A stretch of 64,000 bases of DNA, taken from IMG/VR virus record IMGVR_UViG_3300025418_000694, positions 31,818 through 95,817 of that record; one strand, given 5' to 3'. Under the pieces are notes generated by a model, which saw only the letters and a list, made by a program, of their open reading frames with translations, had not been told where the DNA came from and made no database searches. Positions 1 through 7,939 of this stretch are shown in pieces. How positions within the stretch are numbered: the stretch's first letter is position 1; the number at the start of each line of letters is the position of its first letter. Source of the stretch: a virus. A program made the translations under genes and the position numbers.

Positions 1-43
1 AGGCTAGGAATAGCTTTAGGAAATTGTGTCTCATCAGTATTCA

Positions 44-220
44 CTACATACCTCCTAGGTATTTTTTACGTCGTTCAGAAAAAGCTGCTTGGTTCTTAAC
101 CGCTTCTACAATATCAGGCGCTGCAGTCTTTAACGCTTCTGGAGATTGCTTAGCAGTCTGCACTTGCCAGTCAAACTCTTCTTGGCGCTTAGATTGAGCA
201 TCTTGTTGGCGGTTAATCAC
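44..220 (-). CDS. hypothetical protein (58 aa)
   Basis: Read by hand: GTG at 220 overlaps the stop of the HNH gene (GTGA); open frame MINRQQDAQSKRQEEF... ends at TAG 44-46. Confidence 0.5.
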   Translation of the reverse strand: MINRQQDAQSKRQEEFDWQVQTAKQSPEALKTAAPDIVEAVKNQAAFSERRKKYLGGM

Positions 221-507
221 TTCTCATTCTCTTTCTTACCTGCACGACGTTTATTTTCTTTAGCAGTATTCTTGCCGTGCTTTAGGGCTCTTAAGTTACC
301 TTTGCTGTCATTGCTGTGATTGTTGTCTTTATGATCAACGTCTACATTGCGAGGTAGCTTACCGTTCTTTCCCTCATAGTCAGCGCGAGCTTTATTTTTA
401 GAAGTAGTAACCCACTTATCGCCTACTTTTTTCTTGTAGACGTAAATAGGGCGTCCGCCATTAGCGGCAGAGCCTTTATAAGGCCCAAACTTCTTTGTCT
501 CAGCCAT
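217..507 (-). CDS. HNH endonuclease-like protein
   Basis: VDVDHKDNNHSNDSKGNL HNH motif; likely start MAETKK at 507, overlapping the upstream stop. Confidence 0.7.
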   Translation of the reverse strand: MAETKKFGPYKGSAANGGRPIYVYKKKVGDKWVTTSKNKARADYEGKNGKLPRNVDVDHKDNNHSNDSKGNLRALKHGKNTAKENKRRAGKKENEK

Positions 508-664
508 TTTTCTTTTTCTTCTTAGCCATAGCCATGTTGTCAATCAGGTTTGGATAAGGACGACCAGCAGCTTTAGCGCGTGCCTTTGCTGCAGCCTTCT
601 TCTTTGGCGTTAAAGCCTTAGACTTCTTCTTTGGATCTGGGGTGTCCCATACTTCTTTAGCCAT
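500..664 (-). CDS. small Lys/Ala-rich protein (54 aa, MAKEVWDTPDPKKKSK...AGRPYPNLIDN)
   Basis: Read by hand; coupled to the upstream gene by TAATG; absent from the ORF track. Confidence 0.65.
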   Translation of the reverse strand: MAKEVWDTPDPKKKSKALTPKKKAAAKARAKAAGRPYPNLIDNMAMAKKKKKNG

Positions 665-924
665 TAGCAATCCCACTTTCTTAATGCAAGCGCTTTACGA
701 GTTGGCTTGCCGTTGTCCCCAATCATAGGGCCTGGCATGCCTCCCATACGGGCGCAAAATGATTTACGGCGTGAAGCAGCCTTTGGAGACTTTCGTGCCT
801 CCTTAGCCGATACAGGGGGCTTTAAATGATGTCCCTCACGGGCAGCAGAAGCTCTACCTTTAGCGTTTAGTCCGCCTTTTGGGTTTTGTCCTTCTTTACG
901 AGTCCAAGCAGGTGATTTAGCCAT
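664..924 (-). CDS. small basic phage protein (DUF6321-like)
   Basis: SPAWTRKEGQNPKGGLNAKGRAS...RRKSFCARM...ALRKWDC signature. Confidence 0.65.
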   Translation of the reverse strand: MAKSPAWTRKEGQNPKGGLNAKGRASAAREGHHLKPPVSAKEARKSPKAASRRKSFCARMGGMPGPMIGDNGKPTRKALALRKWDC

Positions 925-1161
925 TTACTTATCTCCATGTTTATGTGATGCTTTACGGTGCCAGTCTTTAACTGCCTGCTCACCCTCTTCTACAGAGTGA
1001 ACGCCAGCCTTCTTAGTAAGGTCAATTTTGTCCCACTTAGGGTCATTCTTACCAGCGTGGTCAACAATAACGTCTCCACCCTTTTCATATACAGTGTGCA
1101 TTGTTCCGCCTGCAACTACTTTTGCAACACGGCGCTTATCGTGGGCTCTATCTTTAGCCAT
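925..1161 (-). CDS. small basic protein, MAKDRAxD N-terminus
   Basis: Tightly packed ORF; N-terminus shared with 22544..22765. Confidence 0.6.
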   Translation of the reverse strand: MAKDRAHDKRRVAKVVAGGTMHTVYEKGGDVIVDHAGKNDPKWDKIDLTKKAGVHSVEEGEQAVKDWHRKASHKHGDK

Positions 1162-1418
1162 TAGTACTCCTTGTTCATTGTACGTTTTGATCGATTAAGA
1201 ATGTCTGCAGATTGCTCTGATACGTTATAGCGTCCATATGAGGCGCGTGGGCCGTCATATTGACCGACATGTACTACGCGAAACTCATTTAGACGAGAGC
1301 GCTTTTGTTTCATCTCTTTATTCTTCTTATCGCCCTCTTTCTTAGGTCCAAATTCACCTAGAGCTCTTTGAGCGCGTGTACGACCTAGTGCTGGGTCTTT
1401 CATGCGCGCTTTCTCCAT
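1161..1418 (-). CDS. small basic hypothetical protein
   Basis: Packed in operon; start may be MKDPA near 1403. Confidence 0.55.
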   Translation of the reverse strand: MEKARMKDPALGRTRAQRALGEFGPKKEGDKKNKEMKQKRSRLNEFRVVHVGQYDGPRASYGRYNVSEQSADILNRSKRTMNKEY

Positions 1419-1786
1419 TCATCGTGTTCTACAGGAACAAGAATGTTAGGGTCAATATCAGCAGCGGCTGCAACACGATGGTGCCCTTCATTCAGCTGAT
1501 ACCCCTTTGGGTGAAATACGCTAGAATCAAAGTTACGAATAAGTTCTACTGGTTTTTTAACACCTTCTCGTTTAATAGAATCATATAAAGAAGCTCCCTT
1601 ACGTACGCGTGTAGGTTGGTAGCGTGCGTTACGAATTGCGCCTGTCTTTGCTTCTCGTAATTTGTAATTCCACAAATTCTCCATGTCACCACCGCCTGGG
1701 TCTGCAGAGGTATTTACTTTAGACTTAATCTCACCAGCCCTCATAAACATAGGAAGCTGCTCCCACTGACCTTCAGAGCGGTTCAT
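1400..1786 (-). CDS. ParB/sulfiredoxin-like N-terminal domain protein
   Basis: LYDSIKREGVKKPV...YQLNEGHHRVAAA matches the ParB-N GHHR motif. Confidence 0.7.
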   Translation of the reverse strand: MNRSEGQWEQLPMFMRAGEIKSKVNTSADPGGGDMENLWNYKLREAKTGAIRNARYQPTRVRKGASLYDSIKREGVKKPVELIRNFDSSVFHPKGYQLNEGHHRVAAAADIDPNILVPVEHDEWRKRA

Positions 1787-2007
1787 TTACCCATCTCCTC
1801 TAAGTACTCTAAATAAGCTAGCATAAGCATATTTATTAAGCGATCTTTCTTCTCTTTGTGCTTTTCATCAAAGTGGCGCACCCAGTCCTGGCCTGAGAAT
1901 CGCACGCTTGCACATCCATTGTTGACATCTGCCCAGCAAAGTTTGGCAATTTCAGATATGTTACTAGGAACGTCCATCTGTTCCCATAACCAAGTTGAGA
2001 AGTGCAT
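1783..2007 (-). CDS. YozE SAM-like small protein
   Basis: FSTWLWEQ...ISEIAK..WAD...AYLEY pattern. Confidence 0.45.
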   Translation of the reverse strand: MHFSTWLWEQMDVPSNISEIAKLCWADVNNGCASVRFSGQDWVRHFDEKHKEKKDRLINMLMLAYLEYLEEMGK

Positions 2008-2008
2008 A

Positions 2009-2518
2009 TTAACGCGGTGGAAGTCCGCGACGCTTTCTTACTGCTTCATTGCGCACATTTCTCATACTCTTCATATTCCAGATTGCGTCTTCTCCGCGCT
2101 CAATCATCTTATCTTCTGCGCGTTTTTTCTGAGCGTAACCTGTAGATAGATCAATTTGTACGCCCTTAGCTTTGCTCTTCTTACTGCTGCTATCAACCCA
2201 AGAGCCCATCATGGCTTTTTTATCTTTAGTCTCATGCTTAAGGCGATTAAAGTGCATAGAGAATTGACGAGGCGTAAGCGTAGTCTGTCCTGGGGCATAC
2301 TCAGTGTTAACAGGCATACCAGTTCTTTGGGACTTCTCTTTACCAACAATGTGCATCTTCTCGCCTGGTTGGGCTAGCTTCATTGAGTTAAGGTTGATGG
2401 AGGCGCCCCCAAAATCCCTTGTGCTATTAATAAAATCTTGCGCAGCCTGAGGTTGCTCAGCAAGGGTACGGACTTCGCGTTTAGAGCGCTCGTGGTCACT
2501 TAAGTCGCCATATAACAT
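2009..2518 (-). CDS. hypothetical protein (leaderless)
   Basis: 169-aa ORF; GAGAAT-N6-ATG. Confidence 0.6.
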   Translation of the reverse strand: MLYGDLSDHERSKREVRTLAEQPQAAQDFINSTRDFGGASINLNSMKLAQPGEKMHIVGKEKSQRTGMPVNTEYAPGQTTLTPRQFSMHFNRLKHETKDKKAMMGSWVDSSSKKSKAKGVQIDLSTGYAQKKRAEDKMIERGEDAIWNMKSMRNVRNEAVRKRRGLPPR

Positions 2519-2560
2519 GCTAGTATTCTCTCGTAAAAGGTCGAGAGAAAAAGGTTAAAG

Positions 2561-2737
2561 ATGGCCGTAGATATTGTGGCAGTAGATGTCGATCCTACCG
2601 TTTGGCAAGCTTATTGCGAAGAGTGCGATAAGTATGTCAGCGATTCGACCGCGGATATTCAGTACGCCGAAAAGAAAGGGTTAGTACACCTGGCCAGCAC
2701 TCATATAGACCACAGTAGTGTGGAGATACTCAAATAA
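2561..2737 (+). CDS. small CxxC/His putative Zn-binding protein (58 aa)
   Basis: Read by hand: MAVDIVAVDVDPTVWQAYCEECDK...HLASTH; fills the gap between minus-strand genes. Confidence 0.45.
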   Translation: MAVDIVAVDVDPTVWQAYCEECDKYVSDSTADIQYAEKKGLVHLASTHIDHSSVEILK

Positions 2738-2929
2738 CTATCTGCAGTCCATGCAGTAGTTCATAACTCTTAATTCGCTCTCAGGAAGTTCTATCTTCCG
2801 CGAGCAGTGTGCACACCTAGTGTTATCTCTTAGAGCTCTGAGGTTGCGCTCTCTATTAAAGGTCATTTCATGGGTATAGAACAATTTAGCTGCGTAGGCG
2901 CCTAATAGCGCGGTTATGATTGAGTTCAT
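2738..2929 (-). CDS. small protein with N-terminal hydrophobic helix and CxxC...CxxC
   Basis: CAHC...CMDC. Confidence 0.55.
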   Translation of the reverse strand: MNSIITALLGAYAAKLFYTHEMTFNRERNLRALRDNTRCAHCSRKIELPESELRVMNYCMDCR

Positions 2930-3174
2930 TTTCCACCTGTATCCATAAGGTAAGCATGACGTAGAGCTGATTGTGGGGTTAATTCCTTCTCAATGGCTTT
3001 GATGGTATGGCAAGGGTATTCAACTGGTTCCCATTCAGAACTATCATAAATGCAGTATTCACCCTTTTCATCTGGCTTATGTAATTCTACTACCGCACGA
3101 AGGGCTTTTCGTAAAGCGTATTCGTAGTCGTGTTTCCCTTCAATCAATCTTAACAGCAAGTTAACGTGTTTCAT
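2926..3174 (-). CDS. hypothetical phage protein
   Basis: ALRAVVELHKP...C...YPCHTIKAI motif seen in actinophage microproteins; ATGA overlaps. Confidence 0.6.
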   Translation of the reverse strand: MKHVNLLLRLIEGKHDYEYALRKALRAVVELHKPDEKGEYCIYDSSEWEPVEYPCHTIKAIEKELTPQSALRHAYLMDTGGK

Positions 3175-3359
3175 TTAATGCTCTCTTTCTCCCACTCTTC
3201 ATATGCTAAAGCAAAGTCCACTATATCTAACCCATCTTGGGCGTTATAGTTCTCTTCTTCTAGGTACTCAAAGAAGTCTTCATCTACAACTACTACTGGT
3301 AGATCCAACCCTTTTAGTCGATGGCCATCAAGTGAGGCCACCATCTCAAACTCTTTCAT
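3171..3359 (-). CDS. small acidic protein
   Basis: Overlap-coupled ORF, D/E rich. Confidence 0.55.
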   Translation of the reverse strand: MKEFEMVASLDGHRLKGLDLPVVVVDEDFFEYLEEENYNAQDGLDIVDFALAYEEWEKESIK

Positions 3360-3475
3360 TAGTTGACCTTACAGTATCTGCATTGGCAAAGTCCATTTAC
3401 GCACGGACACTCTTCATCTGATTGCAATAAACCCGTACCGTAGCACCAGTAACAGGCAGATATCTCTCTATCCAT
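3359..3475 (-). CDS. Cys-rich microprotein (38 aa, 7 Cys)
   Basis: Read by hand: MDREISACYWCYGTGLLQSDEECPCVNGLCQCRYCKVN; TAATG coupling on both sides. Confidence 0.55.
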   Translation of the reverse strand: MDREISACYWCYGTGLLQSDEECPCVNGLCQCRYCKVN

Positions 3476-3558
3476 TACTCGTCCCCGTTCTGATAACCGC
3501 ACTTAATGCAGACCCAGTTATCCTCATCCTCATCAAAGACAAAGTGATGCTCACACAT
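3475..3558 (-). CDS. Zn-ribbon microprotein (27 aa, leaderless)
   Basis: MCEHHFVFDEDEDNWVCIKCGYQNGDE; TGA-TAGGAT-N6-ATG. Confidence 0.5.
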   Translation of the reverse strand: MCEHHFVFDEDEDNWVCIKCGYQNGDE

Positions 3559-3682
3559 GGACCAATCCTATCATAAGCGCGATGATCCTCACCTTGGGCT
3601 ACTGCCTAACAAACTTAGGTCATACCTGTGGATTTCACCTGGCAGCCATGTCTATTTGTCGACAATTTAACCCTAGGGGGGT

Positions 3683-3721
3683 CTGAGAATAGTCTGAGAA
3701 TAGTCTGAGAATAGGCTGTGA
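3683..3721 (+). repeat. 11-bp-period CTGAGA/CTGTGA array (MprA/PhoP-like boxes)
   Basis: TG of the units at 3684, 3695, 3706, 3717. Confidence 0.85.
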
Positions 3722-3731
3722 ATAATGGGCG

Positions 3732-3757
3732 GGAATAAATAGGTGATAGGTTTGGTT
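3732..3757 (+). promoter_or_regulatory. SigR/SigH-type promoter P1 (sigma gene, autoregulatory)
   Basis: GGAAT 3732-3736, 18 bp, GTT 3755-3757. Confidence 0.8.
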
Positions 3758-3799
3758 CACTAAGCAAGTGAGCAAGGGGCTCACTGATAGGGGTACAAA

Positions 3800-4294
3800 A
3801 TGGACAAGGCACAACTAAGCAAGGACATACTAAACTATCAAGGGATGCTTTATGGTTACGCCATGAAACTAACTAATGGCAATTCACATGACTCTCTCGA
3901 TTTGGTACAGGATACTTTCGAGAAAGCGCTCGCTAATAGTGAGAAGTTTGACGGGGCTAATCTTCAAGCGTGGCTTCACACTATCCTCCGCAATCAATTC
4001 ATCAACGTTTACCGCAAGCAGTCTCGCATGGTAGTGGCTGATGAAACCGCGCTAGTGGAATTAGAAACAGAAACCGCGCCTAGCGCAGAGTACCGCGCAA
4101 TTTTCAATCACTTTTCGCCTAAAGTCTCTCAAGCCTTACAGGCTCTAGGGGATGACTTTCTAAAGGTTGTCTACCTAGTAGACATAGAGGGTTTCACTTA
4201 TGAGGAAACCGCTAATCAACTAGGCGTTAAAACCGCCACAGTAGGCACACGCCTAAACCGCGCACATAAGGTTCTAAGGGAGGCTCTAGCATGA
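3800..4294 (+). CDS. ECF sigma-70 factor, SigH/SigR-like
   Basis: Region 2 LYGYAMKLT..DLVQDTF..NLQAWLHTILRNQFINVYRK and region 4 VYLVDIEGFTYEETANQLG...TVGTRLNRA resemble actinobacterial SigH/SigR. Confidence 0.9.
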   Translation: MDKAQLSKDILNYQGMLYGYAMKLTNGNSHDSLDLVQDTFEKALANSEKFDGANLQAWLHTILRNQFINVYRKQSRMVVADETALVELETETAPSAEYRAIFNHFSPKVSQALQALGDDFLKVVYLVDIEGFTYEETANQLGVKTATVGTRLNRAHKVLREALA

Positions 4295-4383
4295 ACCCAC
4301 TCACAAGCGGACTCCCAATCACAATTCTGTGGTTGGGGGCGAGCATAAGTTTCTACCTACTGATTAGGGACTTAACGAAATAA
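4291..4383 (+). CDS. 30-aa single-pass membrane peptide coupled to the sigma gene
   Basis: ATGA overlap; MNPLTSGLPITILWLGASISFYLLIRDLTK; followed by a hairpin. Confidence 0.55.
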   Translation: MNPLTSGLPITILWLGASISFYLLIRDLTK

Positions 4384-4385
4384 GA

Positions 4386-4409
4386 AGGGGCGCGGGAAAC
4401 CGCGCCTCT
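4386..4409 (+). terminator. hairpin after the sigma operon
   Basis: AGGGGCGCGG-GAAA-CCGCGCCTCT. Confidence 0.6.
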
Positions 4410-4515
4410 CTCTCGATTCCCCGTAGGGGTATGGGGAGGGTGGGCCAACACAAACAATTGGCATTGGGAGCAAGGCATTAGGGAAGTGTTTACAATTCCC
4501 TAAAAGTGTTTATTC

Positions 4516-4579
4516 CTGAGAGATTCCTGAGAATTATCTGGAAATTACCTTAGGGAATAATAACCAACCCTAACCCGTT
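4516..4579 (+). promoter_or_regulatory. 11-bp array plus SigR/SigH-type promoter P2
   Basis: Units at 4517, 4528, 4539; GGAAT 4554-4558, N18, GTT 4577-4579. Confidence 0.8.
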
Positions 4580-4620
4580 ATACAGGTACAAGGTCGGAAA
4601 CGCCGACAAAAGGGGAAAAA

Positions 4621-4911
4621 ATGAACCACTTATACAAAAGCAATTATTCAAGCCTTACTGATGTAGATGTACAGATGGATGTACGCGACAGCACCAACGG
4701 GGATGTCATGTTCGAGATGAACATGTCTAGTTGGCATGATAATAATACCTATCATGTCATGGAGCAATTCATCCTTACAGAGGCGCAGGCGCGCTCACTA
4801 AAAGAAGCACTAGAGACTTATCTAGAGGCTAAGTATGATGAGCGTGAAGCAGTTGCCCTAGCGCAATTTGACGCAGTACGTGACGACCTATTTGAAGTGG
4901 AGGCAGAATAG
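4621..4911 (+). CDS. hypothetical early protein
   Basis: AAGGGG RBS; downstream of P2. Confidence 0.65.
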   Translation: MNHLYKSNYSSLTDVDVQMDVRDSTNGDVMFEMNMSSWHDNNTYHVMEQFILTEAQARSLKEALETYLEAKYDEREAVALAQFDAVRDDLFEVEAE

Positions 4912-5135
4912 TGGAAACACTATCAGCACTAGCAATTAAGAAAGATTCGGTGACTAGAGAAATGCTAGCCAGCGAGTTAGATGAAATGAACGCAGATTCA
5001 CGCGCCTATTGTCTAATGCAGGTAATCGGACACCTAGAGTTAGACAAGGCACAAGGTCAAGAGTTATTCCCACTCTGGACAGCGTGGGTTACTGCTCGCA
5101 GTATTAACAATGACGCTTACGGATTGAGGGACTAA
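4911..5135 (+). CDS. hypothetical early protein
   Basis: Overlap-coupled. Confidence 0.6.
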   Translation: METLSALAIKKDSVTREMLASELDEMNADSRAYCLMQVIGHLELDKAQGQELFPLWTAWVTARSINNDAYGLRD

Positions 5136-5410
5136 TGGGACATAATTTCGCACAAGAATTGGCTAGCGGGGAGTTAACACTCCCCCTAGAGGAGGCTATA
5201 GCGATTCACCTAAGAAGTAATCACTATCCACCCGTACCGCTTTCTATGGTAACCCCCTGTATAGAAGCCATAGATAAATGCAACGAGGGTGATTCTGGCG
5301 CGCTAATAGACTTACCCGATCCAATTAAATGGAAAGGCGCAAGCCAAGCACCAGCGTATGCAGTAATAGAAGGTCATCACTTAGAACCATGGGTTCAATG
5401 GGATGACTAA
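5135..5410 (+). CDS. conserved hypothetical phage protein
   Basis: HLRSNHYPPVP...CIEAI...HHLEPW motif; TAATG coupling. Confidence 0.65.
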   Translation: MGHNFAQELASGELTLPLEEAIAIHLRSNHYPPVPLSMVTPCIEAIDKCNEGDSGALIDLPDPIKWKGASQAPAYAVIEGHHLEPWVQWDD

Positions 5411-5417
5411 CCCCAGA

Positions 5418-5444
5418 TAGGGAGGCTACCCCCTAGCCTCCCTA
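5418..5444 (+). terminator. hairpin after the P2 cassette
   Basis: TAGGGAGGCTA-CCCCC-TAGCCTCCCTA. Confidence 0.6.
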
Positions 5445-5628
5445 ATTTGAAATGCTTGCCAAAAGCAAGGCGTGTTATGCCGCAGCCATAACCGAGGACT
5501 CACTCGAACTGGGATTAAAGCCACCAAATCGGTGGCTTTACTATTTAACTCCCTGACGGCATTGGGTTAGGCATTGACCAACACAAACATTAGGCTTTCG
5601 GGTATTGGCGCAAACTCCCCAAACAAAA

Positions 5629-5702
5629 CTGAGAGATTTCTGAGAATTGGCTGAGAATTGCCTGGAAATAGCGGCGGGAATAAATTGGGGTTATGAGCCG
5701 TT
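5629..5702 (+). promoter_or_regulatory. 11-bp array plus SigR/SigH-type promoter P3
   Basis: Units at 5630, 5641, 5652, 5663; GGAAT 5677-5681, N18, GTT 5700-5702. Confidence 0.8.
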
Positions 5703-5746
5703 ATACAGATGAATAGCCACACGGGTTATTCGGGAAAGGTAATCAA

Positions 5747-5941
5747 ATGCTAACTGATACACAATCTCGCGAGATTAACCATCTCGTATTGCAATTATCT
5801 GCTGATTTAACAGTAGCGCCCGACTTTATAGTTGAGGCTATCCGCGAGGATGAAAGCGTAAACGCGCTAGTCTATCGCTGGCTCACACGTGGGGGAGTGG
5901 AATACCGCTCAATCCTAGACCTACTCAATGGGATGTTCTAA
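5747..5941 (+). CDS. hypothetical early protein
   Basis: GAAAGG RBS after P3. Confidence 0.6.
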   Translation: MLTDTQSREINHLVLQLSADLTVAPDFIVEAIREDESVNALVYRWLTRGGVEYRSILDLLNGMF

Positions 5942-6147
5942 TGATTAAATTCCCACACACAATTAAATTGGTTGCTGAATTAGATGAAAATAATCCAAGC
6001 ACCAAGGCGCTCCAAGCGCTACCAGAATACCTACAGCATAAATTGCTTGAAGAAGCGTTTATTGGAGCACTAAATAGATTAAGCGTGTTTGATACCATAA
6101 ATGAGGGCTCAACATGGGGAATAGTTAAGGTGGATACCAATGGATGA
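5941..6147 (+). CDS. hypothetical early protein
   Basis: TAATG coupling. Confidence 0.6.
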   Translation: MIKFPHTIKLVAELDENNPSTKALQALPEYLQHKLLEEAFIGALNRLSVFDTINEGSTWGIVKVDTNG

Positions 6148-6265
6148 ACAAGCCGAGCGTATCAAGGAGCGCATGTCCGAGGAGTTAGATGACATCCTAG
6201 CCAATGGAGACCTGCAAGCGTTCGAGGAATTATTCGAGGATCGAGACCCGTTCGAATTCCTATAA
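6140..6265 (+). CDS. small acidic protein (41 aa)
   Basis: Read by hand: MDEQAERIKERMSEELDDILANGDLQAFEELFEDRDPFEFL; AAGGTGG RBS. Confidence 0.55.
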   Translation: MDEQAERIKERMSEELDDILANGDLQAFEELFEDRDPFEFL

Positions 6266-6271
6266 CAAAAG

Positions 6272-6304
6272 TGGGGCGGGAATAAAAAGCCCGCCCCAAT
6301 CGTT
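6272..6304 (+). promoter_or_regulatory. SigR/SigH-type promoter P4 embedded in a hairpin
   Basis: GGAAT 6279-6283, N18, GTT 6302-6304; TGGGGCGGG/CCCGCCCCA arms. Confidence 0.75.
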
Positions 6305-6326
6305 ACAGCAACAGAAGGGAGGAAAC

Positions 6327-6659
6327 ATGGAAAATGAAGTAGATGTGCTGCTTAAGCGCCTAAAAGAATTGGGCGTAGAGGCTAAGCCCGTTCGTGTCAA
6401 TGAGCGCCAAAAGGCTACGCTACAAAAAATTGTAGAGGCTGATGTCGCTATTAAAGAAGCGCGGGAAACTATCAAGCAGGCTACAGAAAATTGGCGCGTA
6501 TCTAGGGAAACACTAGACCGCCTATTAGTAGAAGCCCGTAAGATGAAAGTAACCCAAGCAGAAATTGGCAAAGCCCTTGGTATTAGCAATGGCTCTGTAT
6601 CAAGTAGGACAATTACGGCACGCCGTAGAGTCCGTAAAAGAAACCGCACCAAGAAATAA
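6327..6659 (+). CDS. coiled-coil protein with C-terminal HTH
   Basis: GGGAGG RBS before MENEVD; VTQAEIGKALGISNGSVSSR HTH. Confidence 0.7.
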   Translation: MENEVDVLLKRLKELGVEAKPVRVNERQKATLQKIVEADVAIKEARETIKQATENWRVSRETLDRLLVEARKMKVTQAEIGKALGISNGSVSSRTITARRRVRKRNRTKK

Positions 6660-6782
6660 CCGATAAATTTCTGAGGCTATCCGTCGCCAATCGAAGCCGT
6701 AATTGCCTCAGTTCCCCAAAGTAGGTGGTTGGTTCCCACCTGCTAGAGCGCGGGTATACCTTCCCCCCGCGCTCACCCCTAA

Positions 6783-6954
6783 AATGTTTGTGTTGAACCC
6801 GCCCGCCCACATGCCTGAAGGGAATAAGCCAATTGGACAATTGTTAAACAATTGTCCAACACAAACATTCCTAGCCCAAAGTGAACATTAGGTGAACATT
6901 ACCTGAGAGAAACCTGTGAATAGAGATGGGAATAATGAGAGGGTAGTATCCGTT
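6783..6954 (+). repeat. composite regulatory module A (inverted CAACACAAACA boxes, 27-bp palindrome, 11-bp array, promoter P5)
   Basis: Palindrome 6833-6859; units at 6882, 6893, 6904, 6915; GGAAT 6929-6933, N18, GTT 6952-6954. Confidence 0.8.
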
Positions 6955-7002
6955 CTACTATTGAAAGCGAAACCAACCAAGCGCTTTCAGAATAGGACAA
7001 AA

Positions 7003-7386
7003 ATGAACACAACTGACACTCTTACAGTATCAAACGAGTTTACTGTAGGCGAACTATGGGAAGCAGTCTGGGGCTGTGACGGAGCGGGCATGGTCTATTG
7101 GTGCTCTAAAATCCGCACTCCAGAAGGCAAGGACATCTATCTTTTCCTCAACAAAGGTGATGAATTTGTCCCCAACCCTCAACCTGTCAAAATTTATGAC
7201 ACGACAGGCGTTACTCCTAAAACCTACGTGGTAACTGTCGAGGATTTGCGCCGAGGCTACGAACTAGCACTCAAAGCAGGTCAGACACATTGCGGAGGTT
7301 ATCCTCTAGAAATTGACGACGCCGACTCCTGTTTCGGTGACATGGTTATACAGTACGCAATCTTTAACGAATTAGTCTACGGATAG
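7003..7386 (+). CDS. conserved hypothetical phage protein
   Basis: AGGA RBS before MNTTDT; C-terminal D.D..CFGDMVIQYAIFNELVYG signature. Confidence 0.7.
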   Translation: MNTTDTLTVSNEFTVGELWEAVWGCDGAGMVYWCSKIRTPEGKDIYLFLNKGDEFVPNPQPVKIYDTTGVTPKTYVVTVEDLRRGYELALKAGQTHCGGYPLEIDDADSCFGDMVIQYAIFNELVYG

Positions 7387-7397
7387 GAAGGGAAAAC

Positions 7398-7532
7398 ATG
7401 AGCGAAGTAGTATGGCAGAGCCAAATCACAGAGGACATGGTTCAAGATGTAAGCGCCCGTTCGTTCTTATTTGAGGAATTGGACGACGCGGTAATGCGAA
7501 TTTGTCAGGAATACGGGGTAAAATCCCTATGA
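7398..7532 (+). CDS. microprotein (44 aa)
   Basis: Read by hand; GGAAGGG RBS; MSEVVWQSQITED... Confidence 0.55.
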   Translation: MSEVVWQSQITEDMVQDVSARSFLFEELDDAVMRICQEYGVKSL

Positions 7533-7675
7533 GCCGTAGACACTTTCGCGCCCTAGCCGAAGCCCTAAAGGACTCAGGCGCTAGTTATCAGACTGTGGCT
7601 GCTATTGCTAGAGTCTGTGCCAATGAAAACCCAAGATTTGACTCCTCTAAGTTCTTTGAGGCGTGTGGCGTATGA
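7529..7675 (+). CDS. microprotein of the NPRFD..F..AC phage family (48 aa)
   Basis: MSRRHFRALAEAL...NENPRFDSSKFFEACGV; ATGA overlaps. Confidence 0.65.
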   Translation: MSRRHFRALAEALKDSGASYQTVAAIARVCANENPRFDSSKFFEACGV

Positions 7676-7839
7676 CTACCTATAACACAGTAGTGCGCTT
7701 ATACGCCTCAATAGAGGCAGAAACAGAGGAACAAGCAGAGTCAAGACTCCATGACTACATGAATAGCGTGGGTCTAGTTCCTAGTAATTGCGTTGTAGTC
7801 GCCGATTATGACGTAACAGACTTCGACAAGGAGGATTGA
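7672..7839 (+). CDS. microprotein (55 aa)
   Basis: ATGA overlap; MTTYNTVVRLYASIEAETEEQA. Confidence 0.55.
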   Translation: MTTYNTVVRLYASIEAETEEQAESRLHDYMNSVGLVPSNCVVVADYDVTDFDKED

Positions 7840-7939
7840 CGGAGACTAGCCGAGCCTGTCCTAGCCGTAATTGTATCCGTCAAGGGCGGTGGGAAGTAAA
7901 AAGCCCACCGCTATACAAAAAGCGCGGAAATGTCTAAAT

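Noticed and set aside
6204-6326. N-terminal extensions given by the ORF track (6204, 6916, 11821, 29901, 33208, 36829)
   Set aside because: They run through promoters or other genes; downstream starts have better RBS or coupling
6613-6891. ORFs 6613..6840 and 6703..6891, and the many antisense ORFs inside large genes
   Set aside because: They overlap regulatory repeats or shadow well-supported genes and lack an RBS
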